From a virus (Duplodnaviria; Caudoviricetes): a stretch of 38,048 nucleotides of DNA. The position numbers and the translations under genes were made by a program. Position 1 is the stretch's first letter. Every line of letters starts with the position of its first letter. Shown here one piece after another: positions 35,614 through 38,048 of this stretch. The stretch covers positions 1-38,048 of the IMG/VR virus record IMGVR_UViG_3300025127_000099; one strand, written 5' to 3'. The notes under the pieces were generated by a model. That model was given only the letters and a program-made list of their open reading frames with translations, was not told where the DNA came from and made no database searches.

Positions 35614-35806
35614 CATCATCCTCCCATACTTGTAAATAAACTTGTTCTTCAATAAACTCAGCCACCCTATTCCGTATGTCACATATGTCGTTCCATTTAG
35701 GATGGTCACAAGTTATTTTACTTACACCATTTTCCTCAAGTAAATCAAAAAAATCATCTTGAAATTTATTGAATTGTTGATCTGACATTTCTTTTCTAGG
35801 CATCAT
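35606..35806 (-). CDS. Hypothetical acidic early protein
   Basis: AAGGAGG SD. Confidence 0.6.
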   Translation of the reverse strand: MMPRKEMSDQQFNKFQDDFFDLLEENGVSKITCDHPKWNDICDIRNRVAEFIEEQVYLQVWEDDDD

Positions 35807-35930
35807 CTTCCTCCTTATCTAAATCAAATCTAATCCATATTGATGCACCAGCTTCATCACTAAAGTGTTGTACTTCTTCGTAATCAACGGGTGCATTGTC
35901 TAGCCATTTAATAAGTTCTTCATAAGTCAT
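35796..35930 (-). CDS. 44-aa acidic early protein (MTYEELIKWLDNAPVDYEEVQHFSDEAGASIWIRFDLDKEEDDA)
   Basis: TGATG coupling to the upstream gene and fills the gap. Below the ORF-track cutoff. Confidence 0.6.
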   Translation of the reverse strand: MTYEELIKWLDNAPVDYEEVQHFSDEAGASIWIRFDLDKEEDDA

Positions 35931-36226
35931 CACTCTTCTCCTTTTATTTTAAGCATTTGTTCTACCTTTTCAGATAGTTCTATGCCTATTGTTGTTAATA
36001 ATAAATGTTGAGCCGACAGTGTATCAGGTGCGGTATCGTGTATATAACTTACACATAGTTGTGCTAGTCCTCTGCTCGTATTAAAAGCATCAAACCCTTT
36101 AGCATCAGCTTTCTTTAACACCTTTACCACTTCTTTAACTACCCACTCGATCTGGTGGTCATCACAAAGTTTAGTTTGTTTAAACGGCTTCTTTGATTTT
36201 ATGTCTATTACTTTAGGCATCACCAT
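35930..36226 (-). CDS. Hypothetical early protein
   Basis: AGGAGG SD. The likely start is ATG 36220. Confidence 0.65.
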   Translation of the reverse strand: MVMPKVIDIKSKKPFKQTKLCDDHQIEWVVKEVVKVLKKADAKGFDAFNTSRGLAQLCVSYIHDTAPDTLSAQHLLLTTIGIELSEKVEQMLKIKGEE

Positions 36227-36437
36227 ACCTCCTTTCTATTTCATCAATAAGCATATCTAAACCTTCACATAAACCATTAAAATAAGCTTGAGAGTGGCTA
36301 TCGTTTATACCTTCCTCGTTATCAACCTTAACATATAAAGCACCATACTTTATCTGTCTTAATGTAAATGATTTATGATTATCTGGGTCGTTCATAAATT
36401 GTTTAGTTTTATTTTTAGCACCAATAGACTTCGTCAT
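36213..36437 (-). CDS. Hypothetical early protein (start re-called to ATG 36437)
   Basis: AAAGTGAGG SD-like element a few nt upstream of the ATG. Confidence 0.55.
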   Translation of the reverse strand: MTKSIGAKNKTKQFMNDPDNHKSFTLRQIKYGALYVKVDNEEGINDSHSQAYFNGLCEGLDMLIDEIERRYGDA

Positions 36438-36774
36438 TGTTGTCCTCACTTTCTTCACTTGGTTTTTCATTTTGTCTATGTTCTTGGACATCTTCATCTA
36501 AAAAATTATAAAGTTTATCCATTACATATTCTTTAAGGTTTCCGTTTTCATCATCAGTAAGTTGGGAATAAAATATACAGTACATTTTATCTACAATATA
36601 ATTAAACCAATGCACTATAAAATCAGTATCCTCTACCACTTCTTCAAAGTTAAACTTGGTAATTGGTTTGCCTTTATATAAACAATTACTCATCAGCTCG
36701 TGATACTGTTCCTCAATTTTATTATCTAATTCTGACCACACTTTTTCTTGTAGTTTTAAATGTTGATTACCCAT
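36415..36774 (-). CDS. Hypothetical acidic early protein
   Basis: GGAGGG SD, TAATG coupling. Confidence 0.65.
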   Translation of the reverse strand: MGNQHLKLQEKVWSELDNKIEEQYHELMSNCLYKGKPITKFNFEEVVEDTDFIVHWFNYIVDKMYCIFYSQLTDDENGNLKEYVMDKLYNFLDEDVQEHRQNEKPSEESEDNNDEVYWC

Positions 36775-36953
36775 TATCCCTCCACTTCAGTTAAGGTTGC
36801 ATCAGCATAGGCATTATCTACATATCTCAATGTGCCTTGTATTTCAAAACCACCTTTATCGATTAAAATTTGCCTTGCTTGTTCTTCGTTGTCAGCTTTT
36901 ATCTTATAGTCATAACAACAATCGACTTGAAAATGATATGTTTTTTTATTCAT
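36774..36953 (-). CDS. 59-aa early protein (MNKKTYHFQVDCCYDYKIKADNEEQARQ...)
   Basis: GGGAGG SD. Fills the gap, with a Y.I.A.NEE.A motif. Below the ORF-track cutoff. Confidence 0.65.
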   Translation of the reverse strand: MNKKTYHFQVDCCYDYKIKADNEEQARQILIDKGGFEIQGTLRYVDNAYADATLTEVEG

Positions 36954-37140
36954 TATCCCTCCCTTTATTATCTTTAATTTTGTGCAAGTAATTTATAAAC
37001 AAACTACTTCCGTATTGAGCCGTAAATTCTGCAAAAGCATCTTCATTTTCTTCTACAAAATCTTCCCACTCGTCATCAGATAGTTGATCATATAAATCTA
37101 AATGTTCTTTTTCTAATGTTTGCCATAATTTAAATGTCAT
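36946..37140 (-). CDS. Hypothetical acidic early protein (start re-called to ATG 37140)
   Basis: GGGGAGTGAG immediately upstream, ATGA overlap. Confidence 0.6.
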   Translation of the reverse strand: MTFKLWQTLEKEHLDLYDQLSDDEWEDFVEENEDAFAEFTAQYGSSLFINYLHKIKDNKGRDNE

Positions 37141-37316
37141 CTCACTCCCCAATCTTCAGCAATTACTTTTCTGCTTTCTCGTGTGTTGTCATATATTCTA
37201 ACGTCATATCCCTCCATGCCTTGCAGCTCTGCAAACTCATGAGCCTTGGATAAGTCGTTAAACTCTCTCTCTTTTATTTTATTAGTAGTTTTATATTCTA
37301 CTGTGTAATGTTTCAT
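37137..37316 (-). CDS. Hypothetical early protein (start re-called to ATG 37316)
   Basis: AAAGTGAGTGAG leader. F..L..A..FA pattern. Confidence 0.6.
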   Translation of the reverse strand: MKHYTVEYKTTNKIKEREFNDLSKAHEFAELQGMEGYDVRIYDNTRESRKVIAEDWGVR

Positions 37317-37350
37317 ATTTCTCACTCACTTTATTATTTAATTAATATTA

Positions 37351-37767
37351 TTACAGTTTTGTTATGATGTAAAATGTTTCTCCAAACTTTGTATATTCTT
37401 TTACCTCATACCTAGTTTTATGTTTTTTAATATACTTAATCTTTTCAATCTTAATACATCTGTAAGCATTCTTTTCTTGATCAAATACTTGTAGGATATT
37501 ATTTTGTTTTAGATTTTTTCTTAATCCTAACATAGAGTCTCTTTTGCTATATACAAAAGTTCCATTTTCTTTATCAAGATACTTAATTCTATTCTTAATA
37601 TCTCCAATAAGGTATCTATCAGAGCCGTCAGCTTTGGTAAAACAAACCTCAAGTTTTTTTGTGTTATCGTTATTGATAATAACAAACAATGCTCTTTTGT
37701 ATCTCTCAATATTAAGAGGCACGTTTAAACAGTTTATGTAGTTTTTTATATTAGTTTTTGTTAACAT
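37351..37767 (-). CDS. WYL_2/DUF2693-like SH3 (Sm-like) beta-barrel protein
   Basis: V.FTKADGS.R...G and VFD.EKNAYRCI motifs. Confidence 0.65.
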   Translation of the reverse strand: MLTKTNIKNYINCLNVPLNIERYKRALFVIINNDNTKKLEVCFTKADGSDRYLIGDIKNRIKYLDKENGTFVYSKRDSMLGLRKNLKQNNILQVFDQEKNAYRCIKIEKIKYIKKHKTRYEVKEYTKFGETFYIITKL

Positions 37768-37808
37768 GTATTCTCACTTTCTTTTGTTATGTTAATTGTC
37801 TATCTTAA

Positions 37809-37837
37809 TTATTAAAGTATAAATTTTTATATGTCAA
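37809..37837 (-). promoter_or_regulatory. Early promoter
   Basis: TTGACA (37837-32)-N17-TAATAA, with an AT-rich UP-like region upstream. Confidence 0.6.
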
Positions 37838-37874
37838 ATAAAAAATTATTTATTCAATTAATTAATTATTATTC

Positions 37875-37961
37875 TTACAATACTAGCCCTAATAATAACC
37901 ATTGTATAAATAGTATTGAACAAAATAAAATTGCTAATGATTTTATAATTGGATTAACCAT
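37875..37961 (-). CDS. 28-aa single-TM peptide (MVNPIIKSLAILFCSILFIQWLLLGLVL)
   Basis: AAGGAG SD, overlaps the upstream stop, almost entirely hydrophobic. Confidence 0.5.
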   Translation of the reverse strand: MVNPIIKSLAILFCSILFIQWLLLGLVL

Positions 37962-38048
37962 AATATTTATCTCCTTTTTTAATGTTATCTATCGCCCATA
38001 ATGGTTGTAGATTTTTATAATTAAAACATTCTAGTTGATCTTCTTCAA
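37954..38048 (-). CDS. C-terminus of an HNH-type endonuclease (partial)
   Basis: Reads EEDQLECFNYKNLQPLWAIDNIKKGDKYYG-stop. NLQPLW..DN..K is the second half of an HNH motif. Confidence 0.65.
   Translation of the reverse strand, partial: EEDQLECFNYKNLQPLWAIDNIKKGDKYYG

Overview
AT-rich fragment of a tailed dsDNA phage (podovirus-type, probably marine, probably with an alphaproteobacterial host). It has two convergent arms that meet at a bidirectional terminator (23163-23196). The + arm carries late genes: virion and tail proteins (adaptor, two paralogous LamG/SPRY fibres, nozzle), ejection proteins, three glycosyltransferase-like genes and a 3-TM holin. The - arm carries small early genes, an AT-rich origin-like array, T7/SIO1-like primase-helicase, PolA (Tyr762 type), SSB, a Cas4-like exonuclease, endonuclease I, a B12-dependent class II RNR, a 2OG-Fe(II) oxygenase, a cupin and a cytidylyltransferase. 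Terminase, portal, capsid, endolysin, integrase and RNA polymerase genes are not seen in this window. The two most notable signals are both absent from the ORF track. (1) A stand-alone transcription unit (promoter, structured leader, SD, terminator) encodes a 24-aa PqqA PQQ-precursor peptide at 22704-22778, with no pqqB-E in the window. (2) The ssb terminator hairpin has a 26-nt loop that is antisense to the translation-initiation regions of at least four early genes, making it a candidate 3'-UTR sRNA for early-gene shut-off. All family assignments come from motif recognition by eye, not from database searches.
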